Numbered from the stretch's first letter, positions 18,371 to 29,632 are shown. The stretch: DNA of 64,000 nt from an uncultured bacterium (GCA_964541235.1 CAZIPI010000001.1:110774-174773); one strand, 5' to 3'. The notes: a model not told the origin generated them from the sequence alone. Program-made: numbers and translations.

Positions 18371-18838
18371 CTACCAGCGGTAGTGGGCGAAAGCCTTGTT
18401 GGCTTCCGCCATCTTGTGGGTGTCTTCCCTTTTCTTGACGCTGTTGCCCTCGCCCTGGGAGGCCTCGATGAACTCCTGGGCCAGCCGCTGGGCCATGCTG
18501 CGTCCCTTCCGGCCCCTGGAGTAGCTGATGATCCACCGCATGGCCAGTGCGTCCCGCTCGCTCTGCTTGACTTCCACGGGGACCTGGTAGGTGGACCCTC
18601 CGACACGTCTGGATTTCACCTTCAGTGTTGGACGGACGTTGTTCATGGCCTTGTTGAACACTGCCACCGGATCCTGGCCGGTCTTCTCTGCGATCATGTC
18701 GAAGGCATCGTAAACCACGCCCTCGGCCACCGACCGCTTGCCCTGGTGCATGATGTTGTTGATGAACTTGGCTATCACCAGGTTGCCGTACTTCCTGTCC
18801 GGGAGTATCTCGCGCCTTTTCGGTCTGTTCCTTCTCAT
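18371..18838 (-). CDS. rpsG: 30S ribosomal protein S7
   Basis: MRRNRPKRREILPDRKYGN...HYRW, full-length S7. Confidence 0.95.
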   Translation of the reverse strand: MRRNRPKRREILPDRKYGNLVIAKFINNIMHQGKRSVAEGVVYDAFDMIAEKTGQDPVAVFNKAMNNVRPTLKVKSRRVGGSTYQVPVEVKQSERDALAMRWIISYSRGRKGRSMAQRLAQEFIEASQGEGNSVKKREDTHKMAEANKAFAHYRW

Positions 18839-18843
18839 GACGC

Positions 18844-19215
18844 CTACGCTTCCTTCTTCGTCCCGTACTTGGACCGGCTCTGCTTGCGCCCGCTTACGCC
18901 GCTGGCATCCTCCACACCCCGGATGATGTGGTAACGCACGCCCGGCAGGTCCTTCACCCTGCCCCCGCGCACGAGGACCACCGAGTGCTCGTTGAGGTTG
19001 TGCCCCTCTCCGGGAATGTAGGCAGTGACTTCATATCCGTTCCGAAGCCTGACCCTGGCCACTTTTCTGAGCGCTGAGTTGGGCTTTTTGGGCGTGGATG
19101 TATACACACGGGTGCAGATGCCCTTCTTCTGAGGGCAGGAGGTGAGGGCAGGGGCCTTCGTCTTGGCGACCTGCTTGCTTCTTCCCATCCGCACCAGTTG
19201 ATTGATGGTGGGCAA
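18844..19215 (-). CDS. rpsL: 30S ribosomal protein S12
   Basis: [12 protein letters not shown]...[11 protein letters not shown], canonical S12. Confidence 0.95.
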   Translation of the reverse strand: MPTINQLVRMGRSKQVAKTKAPALTSCPQKKGICTRVYTSTPKKPNSALRKVARVRLRNGYEVTAYIPGEGHNLNEHSVVLVRGGRVKDLPGVRYHIIRGVEDASGVSGRKQSRSKYGTKKEA

Positions 19216-19271
19216 ATTCTCTCCTTTCAGAACTTTACGTTACTTGTTCCTGCAACGGCGGAACAGCAACC

Positions 19272-22200
19272 TTACGCATCGAAATGAATAATGTCAAGCG
19301 TATCTTCTTCCCTCTCAAGCCGGACCGGCTCGGGCAGGTCCGCGCCGTCGGGAAGGAAGAGCCTTACGTTCTTGTACATGGGCAGCCCGGTCCCAGCCGG
19401 GATCAGGTGACCCACGATGACATTCTCCTTCAGGCCGATCAGGGGATCAACCTTCGCCTGCACCGCGGCATCCGCCAGAACCGTGTTGGTCTCCTGGAAC
19501 GAGGCGGCCGAGAGGAAGCTGTCGGTGGCAAGCGAGGCCTTGGTGATCCCCAGCAGGAGAACGTCGCTGGTGGCCGGCCTCTTGCCCTGGCGCATCACAT
19601 CCATGTTGTGCCTGTTCAGCTCGAGCCGGTCAACCTGGGAACCCTCGAGGAAACGGGTGTCGCCCGGGTCCTCGATCTTGGCCTTGGAGAGCATCTGGCG
19701 AACCACGATCCCCACGTGCTTGTCGTTGATCTTCACTCCCTGAAGCCTGTAGACCTCCTGTATCTCGTTGAGAAGGTAGTCTTCCACTGCTTCGGTTCCC
19801 CTGACCCTGAGAATGTCGTGGGGGTCAAGGGGGCCTTCGGTGAGCTTGTCGCCGGCTTCAACATGGTCGCCTTCACGGACCCTGATGTGCTTCGAGGCGG
19901 CGATCTTCACCGAGGATTCCTGCCCCTGATCGCCGCGGATGGTGATGGTGCGCATGGCCGCCTTGATGGAGCTCAGGCTTATCACTCCGCTGATCTCGGC
20001 GATGGCCGCAGCGTCCAGCGGGCATCTGGCCTCCACCAGCTCCTCCACCCTTGGCAGACCTCCGGTGATGTCCCTCTGCTGGCCCAGCCTTCTCTCTATC
20101 CTGGCAAGGTGAACGCCCATCTTTATCAGGGCGCCGTCCTCCACACGAAGGTGGGCTCCGCTGGGAATGGGGTACACACCGAGAACGTTGTCCTTGATGA
20201 ACTCCTCCACCGGGTCCTGGTCCTGGGTGCGCTGCCTGCCACGGGCCACTGTATGGCTTCGAAGACCCCTGCGGGAGAAGCTGGCTATGAACAGCATCCT
20301 TCCGCCCTGAATGGAGTCGCAGAGCATGGAGACCAGCTTCCTGGTACCGGTATGGCCCCGGTTGAGGTCGGCTATGGAGAGGATGAAGGGAACCTGCCTG
20401 CTGAAGGCCAGCAGAGATTCCACGAACTCCTGCTCCACATCCTCGTTGTTCCTTGAAGCCGATTCCCCGAGCTTGTCAGCGGCTGCCCTGAGCTTCTTCC
20501 AGTGTTCGCCGCCGCTCTTCCTGCCCAGGGCCTCCATCGAGTTCACCGCGTCCATGAACGCGGCGTAGCTTCCGGTGTGAACTCTGCGGCAGTCAACTCC
20601 CACGTGGGGGACGGTGAGCTTGCCGTCCAGCGTGAAGTCCTCAAGGAGCGAGGTGTTCCTCACCGAACTCAGGTCTCTGTATGTGAACACCAGGCGGCCT
20701 GCGGAGGAATCGGCCTCACGCAGAAGGTCGTGCATGGTGCGCAGCTCCCTGTCGCGCCTCTGGGGTCTTCCGCTGAGAACAACGATGTGCTCGGGAAGGA
20801 CGAATAGGTGAGGATGGAGCGTGCGGCTCCTGTCCTCCACAATCACCATCTGCCTCCGCTGCTCGCTGTCGATCTCCTCACGGAGGGTTATCTCCTCCTC
20901 GATGTCAACGTAGTGAACCGAGCCGTTGTGCTCGCTCACGATGGGGATGATGAACGGGTCGCTCCTGCAGATAAGGTCGTCCCTCTCAACCTGCTGGTCT
21001 TCCAGCACGCTGAGAATGGAGCCGGGTACGATGTCGTACGTGGAGACCGAGTCTCCCCTGTCGTCCAGAATGACAACCTGCCCGTTCCTGGTGGCGATCC
21101 TGTTCACCCTGCCGGATTCGTCAACGCCTTCGACGATGTGGATGTTGCGGAAGCTCACTGTTCCGGCCCTTCTGGACCTGACTTCCGTCTCCTTGGCCTC
21201 ACGGCCTGCCACACCGCCGGTGTGGAAGGTTCTCAGGGTGAGCTGCGTGCCCGGTTCCCCGATGGATTGGGCGGCTATCACACCGACCGCCTCGCCCCTG
21301 GTCACCTTCCGGTTGCGGCTGAGGTCCCATCCGTAGCACTTTGCGCATAGGCCGTGATCGGCCTCGCAGGTCAGGACACTTCGGATCCTGACGGTCTCGA
21401 TCCCCTTTTCCTCGATACGGGATGCGTGATCAGGGGTTATCTCGTTCCCGGCCTCGAGTATGATCTCATCGCCTACCGGGTCGAAGACATCCTCTGCGGT
21501 AACCCTTCCCACGATCCTGTCGCGGAGCGGTTCCAGCACTTCCTCGCCCTCCTTGAGGGCGCTGATGTTCCTTCCCCTGATGGTGCCGCAGTCATCCATG
21601 GTTATCACCACGTCCTGGCACACGTCCACCAGCCGCCTGGTGAGATAGCCGGCGTCGGCTGTCTTCAGGGCGGTATCCGCGAGGCCCTTTCTGGAACCGT
21701 GGGTGCTGATGGAGTACTCGATGACGGAAAGACCCTCTTTGAGCGAGCTGATGATGGGTGTCTCGATGGTCTCGCCCAGCTCTCCGGAAAGCTTCTTCTT
21801 GGGCTTCGACATGAGACCCCTCATGCCGGCCAGCTGCCTGACCTGGTCCACGCTTCCGCGTGCCCCGGAATGGGCCATCATGAAGATGGGGTTGAAACCC
21901 GAGTTGTCCCTCTCAAGGACATCCATCATGGATTTCTTCACATCGTCGGTGGCCTTGCTCCAGATGTCTATGATGCGGTTGTAGCGTTCGGCCTCGGTGA
22001 GTTCGCCCTTCCCGGTCCGGTCCTCCACCTCCGCCACGAGCCTCCGGCTCTCCTGCACTATCTCGGGCTTCACGCCGGGTATGATCATGTCCTTCATGCC
22101 TACGGTGAGACCGCTTACGGTGCTGTAATGGAAGCCGGTATCCTTCAGGTTGTCGAGGAAAACGGCGCATGCAACCGATCCCTCGTGCTGGTGGCAGCGG

Positions 22201-24044
22201 GAGACCATGGCCGAAAGGCCCTTCTTGCCGAACACCTTCTCGTGGGGGATCTGGCCGTTGGCCATGATGTAGCCCATGCCTTCGGGGATTATCCTGTTGA
22301 AGACCACCTGCCCCGGAGTGGTGTAGTCCTTCCAGAGGGTGGGCTTCCGTATTCCCCCGTCATTGCCCTTTTCGTCTATCCTGTTGATGCCGCGTATCTT
22401 TATCTTCGCGTGCAGGTCAACCTTGCCCGCATCCAGGGCTCCGATGACCTCTTCGCGGCTGCAGAAGATCATCCCCTCGCCCTTGACCCCGGGCATGGGC
22501 TTCGTGAGGTAGTACACGCCGATGACCATGTCGTGGCTCGGGGTGACCACCGGTTCGCCGCTGGCGGGCTTCAGGATGTTCCTGCTGCCCAGCATCAGCA
22601 TCCTGGCCTCCACCTGGGCCTCGGCGGACAGTGGAACGTGAACGGCCATCTGGTCGCCGTCGAAGTCCGCGTTGAAGGCGGCGCAGGCCAGAGGGTGCAG
22701 CCTTATGGCAAGGCCTTCCACCAGCACCGGCTCGAAGGCCTGTATTCCAAGCCTGTGGAGCGTGGGCGCCCTGTTGATGAGAACCGGATGGTTCCTGATG
22801 ACCTTCTCGAGTATCGCCCAGACTTCTTCGGGGCGCTCCTCGACCTTCTTCTGGGCCATCTTCACACCGCAGCCGTACTTCTTCTCCCACCTGGCAACCA
22901 CGAAGGGCTTGAAGAGCTCCAGCGCCATGGTCTTCGGAAGACCGCACTGATGAAGCCTCAGCTCAGGGCCCACCACGATCACGCTTCTGCCGGAGTAGTC
23001 CACCCTCTTGCCCAGAAGGTTCTGCCTGAACCTTCCCCTCTTACCCTTCAGAAGGTCCGAAAGGCTTCTGAGGGGGCGCATCCCGGCGCCCTTTACGGGC
23101 TTGCGCCGGCTGGAGTTGTCGAGGACGGCGTCAACGGCTTCCTGGAGCATCCTCTTCTCGTTCCTGAGGATCACATCGGGGGCCTGGAGGTCGAGAAGCC
23201 TCTTGAGACGGTTGTTCCTGTTGATGACCCTTCTGTAAAGGTCGTTCAGGTCACTGGAGGCGAATCGTCCTCCGTCCAGGGGAACCAGGGGGCGAAGCCC
23301 CGGGGGGAGCACCGGGAGTATCCTGAGGATCATCCACTCCGGCTTGTTCTCGGCCCTGGAGTTGGTGAAGGCGACCACCTCTTTCAGCCGCTTCACGTTC
23401 TTCTGCCTTCTGGACAGGGTGGTCTCGTTGGCGATGGAGGTCCTGAGCATCGCCGCAAGTTCCTCAAGGTCTATAACGGAAAGGAGCGTGGCGATGGCCT
23501 CGGCTCCCATGCCGACCTTGAAGGTGTCCTTCCCGTAAGTCTCCCTGGCGGCGTAGTACTCTTCGTCACCGAGGACGGTGCCGGGCCTGAGCTGGGGGTG
23601 ATCGCTCTCTACGACGATGTAGGATTCGTAGTAGAGGACCCTTTCCAGGTCAATGTTGGTTATGTCGAGAAGCTTGGATATCTGGCGGTTCTTGTAGTAC
23701 CAGATGTGGCACACCGGCACCGCAAGGTCGATGTGGCCCATGCGGCTGCGGCGCACCTTGGACATGGTTACCTCCACACCGCAGCGGTCGCACTTCACAC
23801 CCCGGTACCTGATCCTCTTGTAGCGTCCGCAGGCGCACTCCCAGTCCTTCTCGGGACCGAAGATGCGCTCGCAGAAGAGACCGTCAGGCTCAGGCTTGTA
23901 GCTCCTGTAGTTGATCGTTTCGGCTTTCGTTACCTCGCCGTGGGACCAGTTCCGTATGGTGTCCGGAGAGGCGAGGCTGATGCGTATTCCCTGGAAATCC
24001 GCGGGAAAAGCATTCACATCTCTGGGAGAGGGATTGCTGTGCAT
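19272..24044 (-). CDS. rpoC: DNA-directed RNA polymerase subunit beta' (about 1590 aa)
   Basis: Zn-binding CxxC motifs (CACGRYK, CDRCGVEV) and NADFDGD at the active site. The start was set at the ATG at 24042-24044 (MHSNPSPRD...), 1 nt after the rpoB stop; the ORF-track start at 24077 would overlap rpoB. Confidence 0.95.
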   Translation of the reverse strand: MHSNPSPRDVNAFPADFQGIRISLASPDTIRNWSHGEVTKAETINYRSYKPEPDGLFCERIFGPEKDWECACGRYKRIRYRGVKCDRCGVEVTMSKVRRSRMGHIDLAVPVCHIWYYKNRQISKLLDITNIDLERVLYYESYIVVESDHPQLRPGTVLGDEEYYAARETYGKDTFKVGMGAEAIATLLSVIDLEELAAMLRTSIANETTLSRRQKNVKRLKEVVAFTNSRAENKPEWMILRILPVLPPGLRPLVPLDGGRFASSDLNDLYRRVINRNNRLKRLLDLQAPDVILRNEKRMLQEAVDAVLDNSSRRKPVKGAGMRPLRSLSDLLKGKRGRFRQNLLGKRVDYSGRSVIVVGPELRLHQCGLPKTMALELFKPFVVARWEKKYGCGVKMAQKKVEERPEEVWAILEKVIRNHPVLINRAPTLHRLGIQAFEPVLVEGLAIRLHPLACAAFNADFDGDQMAVHVPLSAEAQVEARMLMLGSRNILKPASGEPVVTPSHDMVIGVYYLTKPMPGVKGEGMIFCSREEVIGALDAGKVDLHAKIKIRGINRIDEKGNDGGIRKPTLWKDYTTPGQVVFNRIIPEGMGYIMANGQIPHEKVFGKKGLSAMVSRCHQHEGSVACAVFLDNLKDTGFHYSTVSGLTVGMKDMIIPGVKPEIVQESRRLVAEVEDRTGKGELTEAERYNRIIDIWSKATDDVKKSMMDVLERDNSGFNPIFMMAHSGARGSVDQVRQLAGMRGLMSKPKKKLSGELGETIETPIISSLKEGLSVIEYSISTHGSRKGLADTALKTADAGYLTRRLVDVCQDVVITMDDCGTIRGRNISALKEGEEVLEPLRDRIVGRVTAEDVFDPVGDEIILEAGNEITPDHASRIEEKGIETVRIRSVLTCEADHGLCAKCYGWDLSRNRKVTRGEAVGVIAAQSIGEPGTQLTLRTFHTGGVAGREAKETEVRSRRAGTVSFRNIHIVEGVDESGRVNRIATRNGQVVILDDRGDSVSTYDIVPGSILSVLEDQQVERDDLICRSDPFIIPIVSEHNGSVHYVDIEEEITLREEIDSEQRRQMVIVEDRSRTLHPHLFVLPEHIVVLSGRPQRRDRELRTMHDLLREADSSAGRLVFTYRDLSSVRNTSLLEDFTLDGKLTVPHVGVDCRRVHTGSYAAFMDAVNSMEALGRKSGGEHWKKLRAAADKLGESASRNNEDVEQEFVESLLAFSRQVPFILSIADLNRGHTGTRKLVSMLCDSIQGGRMLFIASFSRRGLRSHTVARGRQRTQDQDPVEEFIKDNVLGVYPIPSGAHLRVEDGALIKMGVHLARIERRLGQQRDITGGLPRVEELVEARCPLDAAAIAEISGVISLSSIKAAMRTITIRGDQGQESSVKIAASKHIRVREGDHVEAGDKLTEGPLDPHDILRVRGTEAVEDYLLNEIQEVYRLQGVKINDKHVGIVVRQMLSKAKIEDPGDTRFLEGSQVDRLELNRHNMDVMRQGKRPATSDVLLLGITKASLATDSFLSAASFQETNTVLADAAVQAKVDPLIGLKENVIVGHLIPAGTGLPMYKNVRLFLPDGADLPEPVRLEREEDTLDIIHFDA

Positions 24045-24045
24045 T

Positions 24046-27000
24046 CTAGTTCTCCTCCTCGGTAACCAGTTCCACATCCAGGGCCAGGCTTCGCATCTCG
24101 TTCAGAAGAACGCTGAAGGCCTCCGGCGTGCTGGAAGGAGGGATGGCCTTGCCCTGGACGATACTGCTGTACGCCCGGTTCCTTCCCTCGACGTCATCGG
24201 ATTTGATGGTGAGCATCTCCTGAAGGCAGTGGGCAGCGCCGTACGCCTCGAGAGCCCAGACTTCCATCTCTCCCAGTCTCTGCCCGCCGTTCTGCGCCTT
24301 GCCGCCCAGGGGCTGCTGCGTGACCATTGCGTAAGGGCCGGTTGAACGGGCGTGTATCTTGTCTTCGACCTGGTGGGCGAGTTTCATCACGTACATGAGC
24401 CCCACCGTGACCCTTTCATCCATGGGTTCACCGGTCCTGCCGTCAAAGAGAACTGTCTTTCCGTCGCGGGGAAGGCCCGCCTCCTCCAGGCTGTCCTCTA
24501 TCACCGTGTTCTCCGCCGAGTCGAACACCGGTGTGACGACATCGTAGCCCAGGGTCTTGGCCGCCCATCCGAGGTTGGTCTCCATGATCTGACCGACGTT
24601 CATACGGGAAGGCACGCCCAGCGGGTTGAGGCATATGTCAACGGGGGTGCCGTCCGGAAGGTAGGGCATGTCCTCCTCGGCGACGATGATGCTCACGATG
24701 CCCTTGTTACCGTGCCTGCCCGCCACCTTGTCGCCTACCCTGAGCTTGCGCCTCTTGGCCACATAGACCTTGACGAGCTTGATGACCCCGGGTTTCAGTT
24801 CGTCCCCTACGTTCACCCTGTTCTCGGCCTGAATGAACTCCTGCTGGATCCTGTCAAGCTCGCGGCTGGTGCTGCGCAGTATCCGCCTTGCCCTGTCGTC
24901 GGCCTTCAGGTCCTCGCAAAGCTGCCGGCCGTAATCAATGTCGGTGAAGTTCACCTTGCGCAGGGAGGCCGTGGTCAGCTTCCGGCCGCCGGGAACGTAC
25001 TGCTCGCCGGTAACCGCGTCTATGAGGTTCACCGCCTTCTGTCCCGCGAGCACCTCGCACAGCATGTCGTCCCTCTCCTTGCAGAGCCTCTGCTCTCGGT
25101 TGAGCTTCTGCTCCCTCAAGGCGTCGATGCGCTCCTCAAGGACCCTCCGGCCCCTCTCGGTGTCATCCCTGCGGGAATAGACCTTCACGTCCACCACGAT
25201 GCCGTCCATGCCGTTGGGCGCCCTGAGGGACGTATCCTTCACGTCCCCGGCCTTCTGCCCGAAGATGGCCCGGATGAGCCTCTCCGCGGGAGAGAGGTCC
25301 TGCTCGCCCTTGGGGCTCACCTTGCCCACAAGAATGTCGTCGGACCTTACCCTGGCGCCGATCCTGATGATCCCGTTCTCGTCCAGGTTCCGCTTCCGGT
25401 CCTCGCCCACGTTGGGAATGTCGCGAAGAAGCTCCTCGGGACCGAGCTTGGTCTCCCGGAAGTTCACCTCGTACTCCTCGATGTGAACGCTGGTGAAGAG
25501 GTCGTTCTTGACCAGCCTCTCGCTCACCACAACCGCGTCTTCGTAGTTGTAGCCGTTCCAGGGGGTGAAAGCCACCAGGGCGTTGACCCCCAGCGCAAGG
25601 CTGCCGTCACAGGTCGCCATGCCGTCCGCCAGGATGGTCCCTTCCTCAACCCTCTGGCCCGGGCTCACTATGGGCTTCTGGTTGATGCAGGTGTCCTGGT
25701 TGCTCCGCTGGAACTTCTTCAGTTCGTAAACGTCGTCGCGGTCGAAATCGTACTCGTCGCCGTCGGCCCTGACGACGATCCTGCGCGAGTCCACCTCGAC
25801 CACTGACCCGCCCCTTCTGGCTGTCACCAGAGCGCCGCTGTCACGGGCGGCAACAGGTTCCATGCCGGTCCCCACCACCGGAGGCTGGGTGTAGAGCAGG
25901 GGAACCGCCTGTCTCTGCATGTTGGAGCCCATCAGCGCCCTGTTGGCGTCGTCGTGCTCGAGGAAGGGTATAAGGCTGGCGGAGAGCCCCACAAGCTGCA
26001 TCGGGCTCACGTCTATGTATTCGATGTCCTCCGGGCGAACCATGGGAAAGTTCCCGGCCTTCCTGGCCCGGACGAGCGGGCCGCAGAGGTATCCCCTGGA
26101 ATCCACCGGCGAGTCGGCCTCGGCTATGGTGGTCCGGTCCTCGCGGTCGGCGGAGAGGTAAACCACCTCATCGGTGACCTTGCCGTTGATGACCCTCCGG
26201 TAGGGGGTTTCGAGGAACCCGAAGCGGTTGATGGAGGCATAGACGGAGAGGGTGGTGATAAGACCGATGTTGGGTCCTTCCGGTGTCTCCACGGGGCACA
26301 CCCTTCCGTAGTGGGTGTGGTGGACGTCCCTCACGTCGAAGCCTGCCCTCTCCCTGGTGAGCCCGCCCTCTCCCAGCGCGCTGGTACGGCGCTTGTGGGT
26401 GAGCTCGGCCAGCGGGTTGGTCTGCTCCATGAACTGGGAGAGCTGACTGGAGCCGAAGAACGTGTTGATGACGCTGGAAAGGGTCCGGGAGTTCACCAGG
26501 TCCTGCGGGCGCAGCTTGTCTTTGTCCTGGTGACCCATTTTGTCACGGATTGTGCGGGCCATCCTGCTCAGGCCCTTGCTGAACTCCTGGCTGAGAAGCT
26601 CGCCCACCGTCTTCACCCTGCGGTTTCCCAGATGGTCGATGTCGTCAGCGGTGTTGGTGCCCTCACGGAGCATTATCAGGTTGTCAACTATGGCGACCAG
26701 GTCTTCCACCACCAGGGTGAGACGGTCCATGGACGTGTTTATGTTGAGCCGCTCGTTCAGCTTGTAGCGCCCGACCTCGCTGAGGCTGTAGCGCTTGCTG
26801 TCGAAGAACATGCTTCTCAGGTAGCTCCTGGCGTGGTCCAGCGAGGGCGCCTCGGTCCCGCGAAGCGCCTCGTAGATCCACATGGTGGCAGAATCTTCGC
26901 TTTTGTCCATTCCGGCGCCGAGACTGGACTCCTCCTTGGCCAGCGTCTTCCTTATACCGTCGAAGTTGTCCCTCTCGGAGCGGGATTCGAGGAACCTGGC

Positions 27001-27846
27001 CTTCGTTATCCCGCGGGCCACGAGGTTCTCCAGCTTCTCAACCGTTTCCACCGGCTCGTCGCAGCGGACAAGCACCTCGCCGGTCTCAGGGTCTGCAATG
27101 TCCTCGGCGAAGGTACGATGAATGAAATCACCGCTTCTGGACTGGCGCTTGAGCATGGCTTCCAGGTCCTTCACCACTACCGGATAGAAAGCTGCGAGTA
27201 TCTGGGCGTCGGTGGTGAGCCCCAGGGCCCTGAGAAGCATGGTGACCGGAATGCGCTTGTTCCGCCTGTCGATGATGGCAAAGATCTGATCGTTGGGATC
27301 AAGGTTTATCTCCAGCCACGATCCCCTCTGGGGGATCACCCGGGCGCTGTGGACCCTGCGGTTCCTCTGCTGAAGCTTCTCCTCGAAGAATACGCCGGGG
27401 CTCCGGTGGAGCTGGCTCACGATGACCCTTTCGGCACCGTTGATGATGAACGAGCCGCTGTCGGTCATGATGGGAAGGCTTCCCAGAAAGACCTTCTGGT
27501 CAACCCCCATCTTGAAGCTCTTCGACTCGGGGTCACGGGTGACCAGCCGCATCACGGCGTTCAGGTTGGCGCAGTAGGTGACGCCTCTCTCCAGGGCTTC
27601 CTTTACGGTGTGCTTCGGTGGGGATACCTCATAGCTCACGTACTCCAGGGAAAACTCCTTGCTTGCGCTCTCGATGGGAAATGTGTCCAGGAATATCTTG
27701 TGTAAACCTTGGGGAAGTCTTTCATCGGAAGGCACATCCGCCTGTAGAAAATTCTCGAAGGAATCCCGCTGTACCTTCAGCAGGTCGGGTACTTCCAGGG
27801 CAGGGGTAACCCGCGAATAGTTCCTGACAGATCTATCCTTATTCAC
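24046..27846 (-). CDS. rpoB: DNA-directed RNA polymerase subunit beta
   Basis: MNKDRSVRNYSRV..., the rif-region motifs and a C-terminal EEEN tail. Confidence 0.95.
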   Translation of the reverse strand: MNKDRSVRNYSRVTPALEVPDLLKVQRDSFENFLQADVPSDERLPQGLHKIFLDTFPIESASKEFSLEYVSYEVSPPKHTVKEALERGVTYCANLNAVMRLVTRDPESKSFKMGVDQKVFLGSLPIMTDSGSFIINGAERVIVSQLHRSPGVFFEEKLQQRNRRVHSARVIPQRGSWLEINLDPNDQIFAIIDRRNKRIPVTMLLRALGLTTDAQILAAFYPVVVKDLEAMLKRQSRSGDFIHRTFAEDIADPETGEVLVRCDEPVETVEKLENLVARGITKARFLESRSERDNFDGIRKTLAKEESSLGAGMDKSEDSATMWIYEALRGTEAPSLDHARSYLRSMFFDSKRYSLSEVGRYKLNERLNINTSMDRLTLVVEDLVAIVDNLIMLREGTNTADDIDHLGNRRVKTVGELLSQEFSKGLSRMARTIRDKMGHQDKDKLRPQDLVNSRTLSSVINTFFGSSQLSQFMEQTNPLAELTHKRRTSALGEGGLTRERAGFDVRDVHHTHYGRVCPVETPEGPNIGLITTLSVYASINRFGFLETPYRRVINGKVTDEVVYLSADREDRTTIAEADSPVDSRGYLCGPLVRARKAGNFPMVRPEDIEYIDVSPMQLVGLSASLIPFLEHDDANRALMGSNMQRQAVPLLYTQPPVVGTGMEPVAARDSGALVTARRGGSVVEVDSRRIVVRADGDEYDFDRDDVYELKKFQRSNQDTCINQKPIVSPGQRVEEGTILADGMATCDGSLALGVNALVAFTPWNGYNYEDAVVVSERLVKNDLFTSVHIEEYEVNFRETKLGPEELLRDIPNVGEDRKRNLDENGIIRIGARVRSDDILVGKVSPKGEQDLSPAERLIRAIFGQKAGDVKDTSLRAPNGMDGIVVDVKVYSRRDDTERGRRVLEERIDALREQKLNREQRLCKERDDMLCEVLAGQKAVNLIDAVTGEQYVPGGRKLTTASLRKVNFTDIDYGRQLCEDLKADDRARRILRSTSRELDRIQQEFIQAENRVNVGDELKPGVIKLVKVYVAKRRKLRVGDKVAGRHGNKGIVSIIVAEEDMPYLPDGTPVDICLNPLGVPSRMNVGQIMETNLGWAAKTLGYDVVTPVFDSAENTVIEDSLEEAGLPRDGKTVLFDGRTGEPMDERVTVGLMYVMKLAHQVEDKIHARSTGPYAMVTQQPLGGKAQNGGQRLGEMEVWALEAYGAAHCLQEMLTIKSDDVEGRNRAYSSIVQGKAIPPSSTPEAFSVLLNEMRSLALDVELVTEEEN

Positions 27847-27880
27847 TGCCGCTCCTCACAACTGAAAGGAAACACGAAAT

Positions 27881-27926
27881 GCCCGGAAAAGGGGACGGAA
27901 GGGACGGGACCGTATCCCGCCCCTTC
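27881..27926 (-). promoter_or_regulatory. rplL-rpoB intergenic attenuator/partial terminator hairpin
   Basis: A 12-bp stem (GAAGGGACGGGA ... TCCCGCCCCTTC, one mismatch) with loop CCGTA at 27898-27926. On the minus transcript it is followed by CGUCCCCUUUUCC. The position matches the known rplL-rpoB attenuator. Confidence 0.55.
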
Positions 27927-27947
27927 ACCCGGACTGCCTTCGAGAGC

Positions 27948-28328
27948 CTACTTGAGTAGAACAGTTGCGCCGGCTTCCTCAAGCTGCTTCTTGAACTCTT
28001 CGGCTTCCGCCTTCTCAGCGGCTTCCTTGATCTTGGAGGGAACTCCGTCAACAAGGTCCTTGGCCTCCTTGAGGCCCAGGTTGGTCAGTTCCCTGACAAC
28101 CTTGATGACGGCGATCTTCTTGGAGCCGAAGCTCTCGAGGATCACGTCGAACTCGGTCTGCTCCTCGACCTCGGCGGCGGCCGCAGGACCCGCGGCTGCC
28201 ACAGCCACTGCAGGAGCGGCTGCCGAGACACCGAACTTCTCTTCCATTTCCTTGACAAGCTCGGCGAGCTCGAGAACGGTCATATTGGAAATGGCCTCGA
28301 TTATGGCGGCCTTCTTGTCGTCACTCAT
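27948..28328 (-). CDS. rplL: 50S ribosomal protein L7/L12
   Basis: [26 protein letters not shown]...GATVLLK. Confidence 0.95.
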   Translation of the reverse strand: MSDDKKAAIIEAISNMTVLELAELVKEMEEKFGVSAAAPAVAVAAAGPAAAAEVEEQTEFDVILESFGSKKIAVIKVVRELTNLGLKEAKDLVDGVPSKIKEAAEKAEAEEFKKQLEEAGATVLLK

Positions 28329-28383
28329 GGTTATTCCTCCGTGTTAGGCAATCGGACCCTTGGGTCGCGTTACTGGTATCTAC

Positions 28384-28917
28384 TCAGTTCTCTTTGCTTT
28401 CCCTGACCGCATTCAGCGCGTAGAGAAGTTTCCTTATCACGCCGCCGGAAACGGTGACGAATCCACGTATGGGAGCTGTGGCGGAACCCAGCACCCGGGC
28501 CAGGAGCTCATCACGTCCCGGCATGTCCGCCAGGCTTGCGACCTGGGCCGCATTGAAGCTCCTGCCGGCCACGAAACCGCCCTTGATGACCGGCCGGCCA
28601 CCGTGGGTGGAAGCGAAATCCTTCAGAAGCTTCGCCGGAAGCACTTCGTCACGGCTGGACGCCAGTGCGGTGGGCCCCGAAAGGCAGCCGAAAACGCCTT
28701 CCTCGCCTGTGAGCTCGATGCCCTTGAGAACTATGTCCAGCAGGGTGTTCTTCACAACTGTGAACTGCACACCGCGCTCCCGCATGGTTCTTCTGAGTTC
28801 GGTCATCTCCGCCACGGTGATGCCGGTGAAATCCGCCAGAACGAATGTCCCGTTCACGGAAAGGTCTTCCGTGAGCGAAGCGACGGTGGTTTCCTTACGC
28901 TGTCTGGTTATGCTCAT
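28384..28917 (-). CDS. rplJ: 50S ribosomal protein L10
   Basis: 177-aa L10-like sequence, placed between rplA and rplL. Confidence 0.9.
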   Translation of the reverse strand: MSITRQRKETTVASLTEDLSVNGTFVLADFTGITVAEMTELRRTMRERGVQFTVVKNTLLDIVLKGIELTGEEGVFGCLSGPTALASSRDEVLPAKLLKDFASTHGGRPVIKGGFVAGRSFNAAQVASLADMPGRDELLARVLGSATAPIRGFVTVSGGVIRKLLYALNAVRESKEN

Positions 28918-28927
28918 TCCACCCTCC

Positions 28928-29632
28928 TCACTTGAGTACCGACCGGAGATCGGCGGTGTCGACCCGAACTCCGGGGCCCATGGTGGAAGAGACCGACATG
29001 CTGATGATGTACTTGCCCTTTGCCGTAGCAGGCTTGAGCTGCATCACCTTCTCCATGAAGGCCACAATGTTCTCCCTGAGGGCAGGCTCATCGAAACTCA
29101 CCTTCCCCACGGGAACGTGAAGCACACCGGTCTTGTCAACCCTGAAGCTGATCTTGCCGGCCTTGGCCTCTTTGACTGCCTGAGCGATGTCCATGGTAAC
29201 TGTACCTGTCTTGGGGTTGGGCATCAGTCCCCTGGGACCGAGGATCCTGGCAACGGCGCCCAGGCCCTTCATCATGTCCGGGGTGGCTATCACCACGTCG
29301 AACTCAAGCCAACCCGACTTTATGCGTTCGATGGTTTCCTCGTCGCCCACCGCATCCGCGCCGGACTCTTTCGCCTCTTCGGCTTTCTCGCCCCTGGCGA
29401 ACACGAGGACCCTTACTTTCCGTCCGGTTCCGTTGGGAAGGATGCATGTGCCCCTTACCACCTGGTCCGAATGCTTGGGGTTGACGCCCAGGTTCACCGC
29501 GACCTCGACGGTCTCGTCGAACCTGGCTGTGGCGGCCCCCTTCACAAGGGCGATGGTCTCGTCGAGGGTGTACGACTTGAGCCGGTCCACCGTTTCACGC
29601 GCCAGGGCGAACCTTCTGCTGACCTTAGCCAT
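28928..29632 (-). CDS. rplA: 50S ribosomal protein L1
   Basis: [17 protein letters not shown]...[22 protein letters not shown]. Confidence 0.95.
   Translation of the reverse strand: MAKVSRRFALARETVDRLKSYTLDETIALVKGAATARFDETVEVAVNLGVNPKHSDQVVRGTCILPNGTGRKVRVLVFARGEKAEEAKESGADAVGDEETIERIKSGWLEFDVVIATPDMMKGLGAVARILGPRGLMPNPKTGTVTMDIAQAVKEAKAGKISFRVDKTGVLHVPVGKVSFDEPALRENIVAFMEKVMQLKPATAKGKYIISMSVSSTMGPGVRVDTADLRSVLK

Noticed and set aside
21354-24065. 903-aa plus-strand ORF, and other long plus-strand ORFs at 24352-25806 and 25954-27705
   Set aside because: They lie entirely antisense to rpoC/rpoB, which carry unmistakable motifs. In a ~65% GC genome, antisense frames of highly expressed genes often lack stops. 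The translations are low-complexity (G/P/A/R/H-rich) with no motifs.
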